Assembly (NCBI GenBank): GCA_035368605.1
Contig: DAOSLF010000008.1
Coordinates: 1,964-65,963 of the forward strand
Source: Candidatus Omnitrophota bacterium
Lineage (GTDB): Bacteria > Omnitrophota > Omnitrophia > Omnitrophales > Aquincolibacteriaceae
Length of the DNA stretch: 64,000 nt
Direction of reading: 5' to 3'
A program made the position numbers and the translations under genes. Positions 56,095 to 64,000 of this stretch are shown here, one piece after another. Numbering within the stretch: the first letter of the stretch is position 1; the number at the start of each line of letters is the position of its first letter. The notes below the pieces were generated by a model that saw only the letters and a list, made by a program, of their open reading frames with translations, made no database searches and had not been told where the DNA came from.

Positions 56095-57775
56095 CGCTCA
56101 GAATCTCCTCGATCGTAGTGACGCCCCGTTCCACCTTCTTGAGGCCGTTCTGGAAAAGGGTCTCGTATTTTTTTTCCTTTTGCAGCCTGCGCATGGCGTC
56201 GAGGTTCGCGTCCTTGACAATGAGACGCCGGATGTCCTCATCAACAGGGATAACCTCGTAGATCGCGGCGCGACCCCAGTAGCCGATATTGCGGCATTTC
56301 GAACAGCCTTTGGCCCGGTAAATGGTTTCGGCCCGGATCCCGTAATCGGAACGCTCCTTGTCGGTGGGCCGGTAGGCTTCCTTGCAATCCTCGCAGAGGA
56401 GACGGATCAGCCGCTGGGCCGCAACAAGCGCGATACTGCCCGACACAAGATACGGCTGCACCCCGATATCGATCAACCGGGTGACCGCGGTCACGGCATC
56501 GTTCGTGTGAAGGGTCGAGAGGACGAGGTGACCGGTCAGCGACGCGCGGATACAAATCTCAGCCGTCTCAAGGTCGCGCACCTCGCCGACCAGAATGACG
56601 TCCGGGTCCTGGCGAAGAAACGCCCGCAGTCCCGAGGCAAAGGTCAGCCCGATATCCGGCTTCACCTGGACCTGGTTCACGCCCGTAATCTGGTATTCAA
56701 CAGGGTCCTCAATCGTGGTGATGTTGATGTCGGGCGAATGAATCTTGTTGAGGGCAGCGTACAGCGTGGTGCTTTTGCCGCTCCCCGTCGGGCCGGTCAC
56801 AAAGATCAGTCCGTACGGCCGCGTGAGCGCGAGCTCGAAATGCCGGAGCTGTTCCTCCTCGAAACCGAGCGCCCTCAGGTCCAGAAGGTCGGTGCGTTTG
56901 TCCAGGATACGCATGACCACCTTTTCACCGAACACGGTCGGGACCGTCGAAACGCGGACATCGATACGGCGCGCCTTGTAGGAAAGGGAAAACGAACCGT
57001 CCTGCGGGACCCGCTTTTCGGCGATGTCCAGCTTGGAGATGATCTTGATACGGGACACGACCGCGTTGTGAAGCTCGCGGGGCGGCGGCGGCAGTTCATA
57101 AAGGGTACCGTCGATGCGGTAACGGACCGTCAGCTTGTCGTAGAACGGCTCGATGTGGATATCGCTCGCGCGGTCGTCGAGGGATTTTTTGATCATCATG
57201 TCCACGAGCCGCACGACGGGGGCCTGTCCCGCTTCGGCCATCGCGGATTCGAGATCGACCCGCGATTCGTCCTTGGTCTCGATATACTGCTGGCTCGCGG
57301 CATCCACCTCGGACGAGGAGACTACTTCCTGGAGATCGGTCACGCTGTAATACAGGTCAATCGCACGCTTGATATCGGCTTCCGTCGAGAGCACAGTGAG
57401 GATGTCAAGCCCCGTCATTTTCCGGAGGTTATCGAGGAAGATCAGGTCCGGCATCTTCCCGACCGCGATCTTCAGCGACCGCTCGTCGCGGGAAAGCGGA
57501 AGGACCAGGTGTTTGCGGGCAAAATCCGGCGGGATGACCTCCTTCAGGCGCTGGTCGATACGCGGCACCAGCTCATCGGGAGAAACAAAGGAGATGCCGA
57601 GCTGTTCGGAAAGCGCCACGCGAAGATTCGCCTCGGTGATGAAACCAAACCGGATCAGGACCTGGCCGAGAGGTTCACGCGTTTCTTTCTGCTCGACGAG
57701 GGCCTGCGAAAGCTGCTGCACGGTGATCATTTTTTTACCGATCAGGATCTCGCCCAGCAAACTGTTGAGTCTCAT
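56081..57775 (-). CDS. type II secretion / type IV pilus assembly ATPase (GspE/PilB family)
   Basis: N-terminal T2SE_Nter domain (LGEILIGKKMITVQQLSQALVEQ). Walker A GPTGSGKSTT. Asp/His boxes. Tetracysteine CEDC...CSKC. 564 aa. Confidence 0.9.
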   Translation of the reverse strand: MRLNSLLGEILIGKKMITVQQLSQALVEQKETREPLGQVLIRFGFITEANLRVALSEQLGISFVSPDELVPRIDQRLKEVIPPDFARKHLVLPLSRDERSLKIAVGKMPDLIFLDNLRKMTGLDILTVLSTEADIKRAIDLYYSVTDLQEVVSSSEVDAASQQYIETKDESRVDLESAMAEAGQAPVVRLVDMMIKKSLDDRASDIHIEPFYDKLTVRYRIDGTLYELPPPPRELHNAVVSRIKIISKLDIAEKRVPQDGSFSLSYKARRIDVRVSTVPTVFGEKVVMRILDKRTDLLDLRALGFEEEQLRHFELALTRPYGLIFVTGPTGSGKSTTLYAALNKIHSPDINITTIEDPVEYQITGVNQVQVKPDIGLTFASGLRAFLRQDPDVILVGEVRDLETAEICIRASLTGHLVLSTLHTNDAVTAVTRLIDIGVQPYLVSGSIALVAAQRLIRLLCEDCKEAYRPTDKERSDYGIRAETIYRAKGCSKCRNIGYWGRAAIYEVIPVDEDIRRLIVKDANLDAMRRLQKEKKYETLFQNGLKKVERGVTTIEEILSVAYE

Positions 57776-57826
57776 ATTCCTCCGTTCCGGCTTCCGGGAA
57801 CGCCGGTCACTTGCCTTGGCCTGTCT

Positions 57827-59728
57827 CTAATTCGGAATCTCCTGAACCGCCGGGATCCCCGAAATATCTTCCTCATAGGAAGGTACGGCGGGTATCGCGG
57901 CCTGGGACGCCGGCGTTGACACTTTGCCGTCCAGCGTATCAAGCGTCGCCTGCATCAACCGTTTCCGGACGTCGAAATAGCTTTCATAATCAATGGGTTT
58001 TTCCTTCCCGTCCTTGAGTTCCCGGTACCATTCCTTCTTTTTCACATCATAGAAGGGCGCCTTTTCATCCTCAAATTTCAGGCGTTTGTCCGGGACATCG
58101 GGAGTTCTGAGCTCCGACGGATCGCGGATGATGTAGGGCGTCAGGAAAAGGATCAGTTCGCGGTCTTCGATCGATTTGCCGCTATTCGTGAAAAAGGCCT
58201 TCCCGACGACGGGGATGTTCCCGAAGAACGGCACTTTCCGGTCGTTCTTGGTCTGATTGCTGAAGAGCATCCCGCCAAGCGCGATGGTCTGGCCGTCATT
58301 CACCATCAGGGTCGTCCGCGCCGTGCGGACCGTCGTGTCACCCGTCTCGGAGGCGCTCACCGCGATAGTTGACTCGGCCACCGTCGCGAACGTCGGCTCC
58401 ACGGTCAGGGTGATCTGGTTACGCTGGTTGACGAGCGGCGTCACGCGGAGGATCGTGCCGACCTCGGCGCGCTCGATACTTTCCTGCGTCGTGCCGGCCG
58501 CGGCGCCGGAGGTCGTGAAGGTCGTCACGCCGATCGCGGCGTTGGTGGAGATCTTGATTAGCGCGGCGTGGTTGTCGAGGACCAGAATCTTCGGTTTCGC
58601 GATAACCTTGATCTTGTTCGCGTTTTCCAGAGCCTGGATCGTCAGCGTAAAATTCCGGAAATCGCGGGTACCGCTGGTCGTGATGGTCCCCGATTCAATG
58701 CGGGGGTCATACTGGTTCGCGGCGTCCTTGAGGGTGTTCCCGACATTGCTGAAGAAATCCCCCAGACTTTGCGTTTCCTGGGTACTGCCGTTAAAGCGGA
58801 AAGGCCAGTCGGTCGATGACACGCCGCCCGTGATCGTGCCGAGGTTGCCGCTCTGATCGCCCCACCGGATACCGACCGCGCGGCTGAGGTCCTCGAACGT
58901 TTCGACGAGCAGGACATTGATGAGAACCTGATCGACGGGACGGTCCAGCTGCTGGAGCGCGGCGGAGATCATCTTGAGCCGGTCCTCCGAATCCGTCACA
59001 ATGAGGCTGTTCGTCCGGTCATCCACGGAGACTTTTCCGCGGTCCGAGAGTATCTTTTCGACGGCCGCATACACCGCCGCCCCTTCCAGGTCGGTGTCAT
59101 CTTCATTATCGTTATTCTGGGTCAGGGTCGTCAGCCCGCCGCCGATGCTGCCGGAACTGCCCGAACTTCCGGAACTGCCGCTGCTCGATACTTCGATCTC
59201 TTTCGGCTTGCTGACGCGGATGTAATAGAGCTTGAACACGCGCGTCAGAAGCGGTGGCTGTTCGGGGGCGTCCGCCGAAGCGCGAAAAAGATAGATGTTC
59301 CGGCCGGGGATGAAATCATAGCTGACATTGCTGCCGTGGGCGATGGCCTGAAGCGCATCCTCGAGGGTCACATCGGCAAGCGTCATGTTGACCTGGCGTT
59401 CGGCGACCTCTTTGCCGGCCACGAAGTTGATTCCGCTCAATGAGGCGATCACATTCAGGACGTTGATCAGGGACGCGGATTTGAAGTCGAGAAAGAACTT
59501 TCCGGCATCTGTCCGCTCGACCTGCATTTTCGGGGTTTCCTTCGCCGCGGGCGCGCTTGCCGGCACTCCGGCGTACGGTTCGGGCGGACTGCCGTACGGT
59601 GACCCCGGGTCGGCATAAGCCGGATAGTTCCTGTTCGGGTCCTCGGCATGGACCGGCCCGGGCACCCCGGCGACCGCCAGAGTCCCCGCCAAAATCATTG
59701 CCATGATCCTGAGATTTTTTTTATGCAT
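57827..59728 (-). CDS. secretin (GspD/PilQ family) outer-membrane channel
   Basis: Signal peptide. N0/N1 domains (VSVDDRTNSLIV). Secretin domain (KIKVIAKPKILVLDNHAALIKIS...GTILRVTPLV). Ser/Gly low-complexity insert. 633 aa. Confidence 0.85.
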   Translation of the reverse strand: MHKKNLRIMAMILAGTLAVAGVPGPVHAEDPNRNYPAYADPGSPYGSPPEPYAGVPASAPAAKETPKMQVERTDAGKFFLDFKSASLINVLNVIASLSGINFVAGKEVAERQVNMTLADVTLEDALQAIAHGSNVSYDFIPGRNIYLFRASADAPEQPPLLTRVFKLYYIRVSKPKEIEVSSSGSSGSSGSSGSIGGGLTTLTQNNDNEDDTDLEGAAVYAAVEKILSDRGKVSVDDRTNSLIVTDSEDRLKMISAALQQLDRPVDQVLINVLLVETFEDLSRAVGIRWGDQSGNLGTITGGVSSTDWPFRFNGSTQETQSLGDFFSNVGNTLKDAANQYDPRIESGTITTSGTRDFRNFTLTIQALENANKIKVIAKPKILVLDNHAALIKISTNAAIGVTTFTTSGAAAGTTQESIERAEVGTILRVTPLVNQRNQITLTVEPTFATVAESTIAVSASETGDTTVRTARTTLMVNDGQTIALGGMLFSNQTKNDRKVPFFGNIPVVGKAFFTNSGKSIEDRELILFLTPYIIRDPSELRTPDVPDKRLKFEDEKAPFYDVKKKEWYRELKDGKEKPIDYESYFDVRKRLMQATLDTLDGKVSTPASQAAIPAVPSYEEDISGIPAVQEIPN

Positions 59729-59778
59729 GATCCGTTCTCCCCTTTCTTGGGAAACAAGCTGTCAATATCCCGCGAGCG

Positions 59779-60255
59779 TCAAAATGAAGCCGTATCCTGC
59801 TCCCGCTGTTCCGAAACCGGTTTCCGGGTCCTCCGTTGCTGAAGTTTTTTCAGCTCGCTTTCGGAAAGCATGGACAATGTCTGCGGGAGACCTCCGGTCT
59901 CGATATCCACTTCCCGTTTCCGGACCGAGACAAGCTTGATACCGTTCTTTTCCTCGCCCTCGAAGAAGACATCGCCGTTCATCACCGCGTAGGCGTCCTC
60001 GGAACCGACGCCAATCCCCTGCAGTTTGATGTTCGAGACGACAGGCGCCGCAACGACCGGTGCCGCGGGTTTTTCAGCCGGGATCGAGGAAGCGAACGGG
60101 TCCCGCACCTCCTGCTGGGCGTTCTCGACCGCGGAGGAAATGGAAGTCCCTTCCGACAGTCTGTCTTTTAAGGGCTCCTCGCCGCGCGCGACGACAGGCA
60201 TCGCGCCTGAGACGAATGCCAGGAGCATCAGGACCATTACGATTCGCTTTGTCAT
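59779..60255 (-). CDS. PilP/GspC-HR-like periplasmic protein (putative)
   Basis: Start at internal Met 60255 with an N-terminal hydrophobic anchor MTKRIVMVLMLLAFVSGA. C-terminal beta-sandwich pattern IKLQGIGVGSEDAYAVMNGDVFFEGEEKNGIKLVSVRKREVDIE, as in PilP. Confidence 0.45.
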   Translation of the reverse strand: MTKRIVMVLMLLAFVSGAMPVVARGEEPLKDRLSEGTSISSAVENAQQEVRDPFASSIPAEKPAAPVVAAPVVSNIKLQGIGVGSEDAYAVMNGDVFFEGEEKNGIKLVSVRKREVDIETGGLPQTLSMLSESELKKLQQRRTRKPVSEQREQDTASF

Positions 60256-60794
60256 TTTCCCGCCTTTTGTCTCAGATAAGTGTCCATTATCATCCGGACC
60301 TGCAGCAGAGGGACTTCCTTTTCGGATCCCCGACCGCCGCTTCGCGTCTGTGTCATGCTGATATCCTGAATGAATACGGGAGGCCGCATCTGTTCCAGGA
60401 CCTTCAGATAATTCAGCAGCGCAAAATAAGTGCATCGCATGTCCGCCTCGGCCCGAAGCCGGACATAGTTGTCGGCGTTTTCCGTCCGGGGTATCAGCCC
60501 CTGGAGCTCAACTTTTTGCTGACTTGCCAGATCGGAAAGCTTGGCGATAAGGATCGGGCGGTCATCCATGTTCGCCAGCAACGCCTCGCGGCGGGCAACC
60601 TCTTCCTTGAGAGCGGTGATTTCCCGGTAAAGCTCCAGTTTCTTTTGGGAGGTCTTTATTTCACCGTGCAGCGTCGCGATCTCCCCGATCGCGGGACGGA
60701 CCAGGGTCAGGAACCCGAAGAAAACGCACAGGAGAGCGACCGCGATCCCGATCCCCCATTCCATGTGCCGCGCTTTCAGTTTCAAACCCGCCAT
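60252..60794 (-). CDS. PilO/GspM-like inner-membrane pilus/T2SS assembly protein
   Basis: Single N-terminal TM helix (WGIGIAVALLCVFFGFLTLV), then coiled-coil and ferredoxin-like domain. 180 aa. Position between the PilM-N fusion and PilP. Confidence 0.55.
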   Translation of the reverse strand: MAGLKLKARHMEWGIGIAVALLCVFFGFLTLVRPAIGEIATLHGEIKTSQKKLELYREITALKEEVARREALLANMDDRPILIAKLSDLASQQKVELQGLIPRTENADNYVRLRAEADMRCTYFALLNYLKVLEQMRPPVFIQDISMTQTRSGGRGSEKEVPLLQVRMIMDTYLRQKAGK

Positions 60795-60810
60795 CGTCCC
60801 GTCCCCGCCT

Positions 60811-62334
60811 TTATTCGGCCGTGATCCTGAAACGTGTCACGTCCCGGTTCATGACCTTTTCCCTTTTGATCTCTTCAAGTTTCACATCAGAAAAAGCATC
60901 GGCAAAAACCTTCTTCCCCTCGAGCGATTTCAGCCAGACATTGACGGTCTGGGCCTCTTTCTCGGCATTCCCGAGAAAACACACGCCCCGGAGATTCATC
61001 CGTGCGGCCTGCGATGCGGCGCCCGTCTCTTTCCCCGGGGACTTTTCCACCGAGATATAATCGATCCAGACCGACTTCGGGATCCCCTGTCCGATTGCCG
61101 AGAGGAGCGTGGACATTCTTGCCTTGGCATCGGTGGCTCTCTGAAGAAAGGAGGTCTTCCGCGCAAGCGCAGACCATTGTTCTTCCAGCGCCGCCACGGG
61201 CTGGGACACCACGGACTGGTCAACGCCCGACCCGGCCGAGAAGATCCCTTCATACTGCTGATTCAGCTGGAGAATGAGCGGCTGGAACACGACGAGCCGG
61301 ATCAACGCGAACACGAGAAAAATCGCCGCCGCCCCTCCCGCGAGGATGGCCACGAACGAAGCCGGCTTCAGTTGCCGGTCTTCGGGCGGAAGGAGTTTTA
61401 CTTCTCCGACCGGTGATTTGTATCCAAGCGAACGGAGCGCGAGGCCGTACGCGATGACGATCGAGTGCATGACATCCTGGGGGATATCCTTTTCGTCCGG
61501 AAAAACAGCCAGATCGAAACGGACCGTGTAGTTAAAGGCGTGCTCGAGATATTCGACCCAGAGTTTGAGATCACCAAAGCCGGACAGGAACACCTGCTGG
61601 ACGGCCTCGCCGCCGGTAAGCTTGTAGAAATAATCGAGAGAAGCCTTGATCTCGTCAAAAAAGCGGGGCTTGTCCTCCTCCGGTTTTCCCGCCAGAAGAA
61701 AGTCCCGGGACAGATAAACGGCACCCTTCATGCTGAACGTAAGATTGACGTTCCCGTCTGACTGTAGCGTGACAAGGCAGCAGGTCTTGGACTTCTGGAG
61801 CATATTGAGGGAGGCAAAAACCCGGCCGACAGCAGCATAGGCGGGCTCAATCATGAGAACCCTGGCGGACGCGGCACGCAGATCGCTCAGACACTGACTG
61901 AGAATATCCTGCTTCATCGCGGTCACCGTGACGGAAAAGACGTTCTTGTGGGTCATCTGTTCGCTATGATCCATCACGGACTCGGAAAGCTTGAAGGGAA
62001 TGTAGCGGCTTGCTTCAAAACGGATCGTCTCGTTCATTTCCTTCTTCGGAACGGCCGGCATGATGAAATGCCGGGTCACGATGTGGAAGGGGCTGACCGC
62101 CGCGGTCACAAAGGCTCCCGGTTCCCGAATTTTATCAAGCGCCCTACGGATGGCCCTTGCCTCCGGGGACAATTTTTTGAGCCTGTGGGCTTCCTTGCCG
62201 AGAACGGGTTCTCCGCTCTCTTCGGCAATTGGTTCGACCGCATAGGCCTTGACCTGCGGCCCCTTGGCGGTCAAGAGAACGCTCACCGCGATGATTTCGT
62301 TCCGGCCGATGTATACCCCGACACCCTTTGACAT
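60811..62334 (-). CDS. PilM-PilN fusion (GspL-like): actin-like cytoplasmic domain + TM + periplasmic domain
   Basis: N-terminal VGVYIGRNEIIAVSVL... PilM-like ATPase-fold domain of about 320 aa. TM helix FVAILAGGAAAIFLVFALIRLVVF. Periplasmic C-terminal domain of about 150 aa. 507 aa. Confidence 0.6.
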   Translation of the reverse strand: MSKGVGVYIGRNEIIAVSVLLTAKGPQVKAYAVEPIAEESGEPVLGKEAHRLKKLSPEARAIRRALDKIREPGAFVTAAVSPFHIVTRHFIMPAVPKKEMNETIRFEASRYIPFKLSESVMDHSEQMTHKNVFSVTVTAMKQDILSQCLSDLRAASARVLMIEPAYAAVGRVFASLNMLQKSKTCCLVTLQSDGNVNLTFSMKGAVYLSRDFLLAGKPEEDKPRFFDEIKASLDYFYKLTGGEAVQQVFLSGFGDLKLWVEYLEHAFNYTVRFDLAVFPDEKDIPQDVMHSIVIAYGLALRSLGYKSPVGEVKLLPPEDRQLKPASFVAILAGGAAAIFLVFALIRLVVFQPLILQLNQQYEGIFSAGSGVDQSVVSQPVAALEEQWSALARKTSFLQRATDAKARMSTLLSAIGQGIPKSVWIDYISVEKSPGKETGAASQAARMNLRGVCFLGNAEKEAQTVNVWLKSLEGKKVFADAFSDVKLEEIKREKVMNRDVTRFRITAE

Positions 62335-62340
62335 ATCTGA

Positions 62341-63417
62341 TCAGTTTTCCCCGGCAGACAAAGCCGCCGCATTCCGCTCTACTGAAACCTGTTGATTCTC
62401 GGTGATCCGCTCCAGAGCCTGGGCATCCCAGACCGACACACCCGCGACACCCGGATAGACCTCCTCCACATTTCCAACGGCAACGACCTCCGTTCCGTTC
62501 AGGAAGTGAACTTTCTCTCCGGGGCGAACCCCCCGCCTGGCGCCAACATCAACGATCACAAACCGGTATCGGCTATTTATCATAACGACTTTACCCAAAA
62601 GAGGTTCAGACCCGGGCATCCCGGCTTTTTGCATGGAAAAACCCGGAGGCGACACGCCCTCGCTTCCCGAACCTTTTGAAACAGATTTAGCCTCATTCAG
62701 TTCCTTCCGCAGCCCGAGGACAACGGCATCCCGCTCACTGACGGCATTTCTGAGGGTATCCAGCTCCGCCTGGTAACGAAGCGCCAGCTGAAGAGCCTCT
62801 TTCCGGTACTCGGATTCCTCGTTGCGGCTGCTGCGGAGATCCTCCGAGGCCGCCTGAATTCTCTCCGACATGGCTTTGATCCTCGCTTCGAGATGACGGA
62901 TGGTCCGTTCCTTTTTCAGGAGGACGGATTCCCATTGCCGGAGATCTCCGCCGGACTGGATTGTCAGCCGGAGTTGGGGCGGGTTATCCGGACGTCCGGG
63001 GAAAAAGTAGAGATAAGCGAAAACCCCGGCGATCACCCAGGAGAGTCCAAGGAAGAGCACCCACCGGACCGGCAACGCGTTCTTTTTGACTTTCACGGTC
63101 CCGGGAACCGGTCGAGTGGTCGCGCTGGCATACCGGGAGACAAGTTTCAGGACCTTTTCTTCCTCCGCGATATGCTGTTTGATCTTTCCGGAAGGAAGAA
63201 CGCAGGTCAGGACGGAAGCGAATGAAGGAAAGAAACGGCGGCGGGAAGCGGGAGCCTGCCCACCGGGGAGAGCGGCCTTCCCCGAGATCGTTGGATTTGT
63301 TTGTCCGGCAGAATTTTTCCCCCGTACCACTTGCATTGTCGGCAACTCCGGTTCCTTAATTCGGATCGAGATATCAATCTGTGCGGATGACGTATGGTAC
63401 CCCAACAGCACGGCCAA
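62341..63417 (-). CDS. membrane coiled-coil protein with C-terminal PilP/GspC-HR-like beta-domain (putative GspC-like component)
   Basis: TM helix WVLFLGLSWVIAGVFAYLYFF. Long coiled coil (IRHLEARIKAMSERIQAASEDLRSS...). C-terminal VVMINSRYRFVIVDVGARRGVRPGEKVHFLNGTEVVAVGNVEEV. Start codon uncertain. Confidence 0.4.
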   Translation of the reverse strand: MAVLLGYHTSSAQIDISIRIKEPELPTMQVVRGKNSAGQTNPTISGKAALPGGQAPASRRRFFPSFASVLTCVLPSGKIKQHIAEEEKVLKLVSRYASATTRPVPGTVKVKKNALPVRWVLFLGLSWVIAGVFAYLYFFPGRPDNPPQLRLTIQSGGDLRQWESVLLKKERTIRHLEARIKAMSERIQAASEDLRSSRNEESEYRKEALQLALRYQAELDTLRNAVSERDAVVLGLRKELNEAKSVSKGSGSEGVSPPGFSMQKAGMPGSEPLLGKVVMINSRYRFVIVDVGARRGVRPGEKVHFLNGTEVVAVGNVEEVYPGVAGVSVWDAQALERITENQQVSVERNAAALSAGEN

Positions 63418-63481
63418 AGGAATGATTTTTTTGAAGACCGGAGAACCCTGAAAGGGACGTTGCGGCGGGTCGGCTGATTAT

Positions 63482-64000
63482 TTATCGGCTGATTTGCTTA
63501 AGGGAAAGCAGGGGATTGTGTTTTTTTTCGAAAGCGCTGATCGCCGATTCGTGCTGCAACGTGATCCCGATATCATCCAGTCCTCTCAGAAAGCGGTCCT
63601 TGACCGACGGGTCGATCTCAAAACGGAACACGTGGTCCCGATCGCCGGCATGCACGGTCACGGTTTGATCGACGAGATGAACGGTGGCTTCAAGCAAAGA
63701 CTCTTTTTCGGCGAAAGAGAAGATCATGTCAACGTCCGCCGGGGAAAGCTCGATCGTCAACAGACCGTTCTTGACGGAATTATTGCGGAAAATATCGGCA
63801 AACCCGGGAACGCGGCTCTTCCCTTCCCCGGCCCACGGCGCGATCACCGCGCGGAAACCGTACTGCACGATCGCCCAGACGGCGTGTTCGCGGCTCGACC
63901 CGCATCCGAAATTGTTCCGGGCAAGCAGGATCGTGGCGTTCCGGTACTCTTCCTTGTTGAGCACGAACGAGGGATCGGGTTTCCCGTCCGGGAGATACCG
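63482..64000 (-). CDS. leuD: 3-isopropylmalate dehydratase small subunit (partial, N-terminus beyond window end)
   Basis: [36 protein letters not shown]... aligns with the LeuD core ([21 protein letters not shown]). The reading frame stays open to position 64000. Confidence 0.85.
   Translation of the reverse strand, partial: [172 protein letters not shown]

Noticed and set aside
56066-57919. 617-aa plus-strand ORF
   Set aside because: Antisense to the GspE/PilB ATPase, which has unmistakable Walker motifs on the minus strand.
59135-59190. Short imperfect 9-bp repeats (ccggaactg-like) encoding a Ser/Gly tract in the secretin
   Set aside because: Only about three imperfect units. Too short and degenerate to call a phase-variable SSR. 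More likely a flexible low-complexity linker.
1-64000. CRISPR arrays, IS elements/transposases, integrases, phage genes, toxin-antitoxin pairs
   Set aside because: Scanned both strands. No direct-repeat/spacer periodicity, no DDE/HUH transposase or tyrosine recombinase-like ORFs, and no short paired antitoxin/toxin ORFs were recognised.

Overview
This is a high-GC bacterial chromosomal segment, apart from a few short AT-rich intergenic stretches. Almost every gene is on the minus strand and most sit in tight, overlapping operons. Contents, from the left edge of the window to the right (window coordinates):

(1) The 3' end of an LptF/LptG-family permease.
(2) A minus-strand operon: Zn-ribbon membrane protein, atypical receiver, hypothetical, glgC, small secreted protein.
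(3) A response regulator with receiver-PAS-GGDEF-EAL architecture whose GGDEF motif is degenerate.
(4) An AT-rich stretch, then tRNA-Tyr(GTA) and tRNA-Thr(TGT).
(5) A small PLDc_N membrane protein, a DUF11-repeat lipoprotein, an RND-superfamily (COG1033/MMPL-like) exporter, DUF167, a secreted hypothetical and rmlC.
(6) A minus-strand lipid-metabolism and signalling cluster. It holds a receiver, two paralogous multi-TM GAF histidine kinases, an ICMT-family membrane methyltransferase, a frameshifted receiver-like/hotdog thioesterase gene, a fusion of an NAD-dependent reductase with an HxxxDG acyltransferase (WS/DGAT- or condensation-like), and a fusion of an SRPBCC domain with an acyl-ACP reductase (AAR)-like domain.
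(7) A secreted CBM-like protein, DUF503, and a protein with only two transmembrane helices plus a HAMP domain.
(8) An RND efflux operon: OMF, MFP and two tandem RND permeases.
(9) A ~27.5 kb type IV filament (T2SS/T4P-like) locus. It contains pilM-N fusion/GspL-like, PilO/GspM-like, PilP-like, secretin, GspE/PilB ATPase, GspF/PilC platform and four tandem major pilin paralogs. There is a receiver gene with an adjacent homopolymer frameshift. There are two GspI/GspJ-like minor pseudopilin modules, each followed by giant (~1165 aa) GspK/PilX-like proteins, three paralogs in all. Two of the giant genes are tandem and share a 156-bp near-identical 5' repeat. A beta-1,2-glucanase/DUF3131-like glycoside hydrolase with a CBM9-like tail and an HTH-cupin regulator lie between the two modules.
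(10) leuD, 5'-truncated at the window edge.

No CRISPR array, rRNA or obvious transposase was seen. The most novel candidates are the giant tip-pseudopilin paralogs in the pilus/T2SS-like locus and the AAR-like/reductase-acyltransferase fusion lipid cluster.
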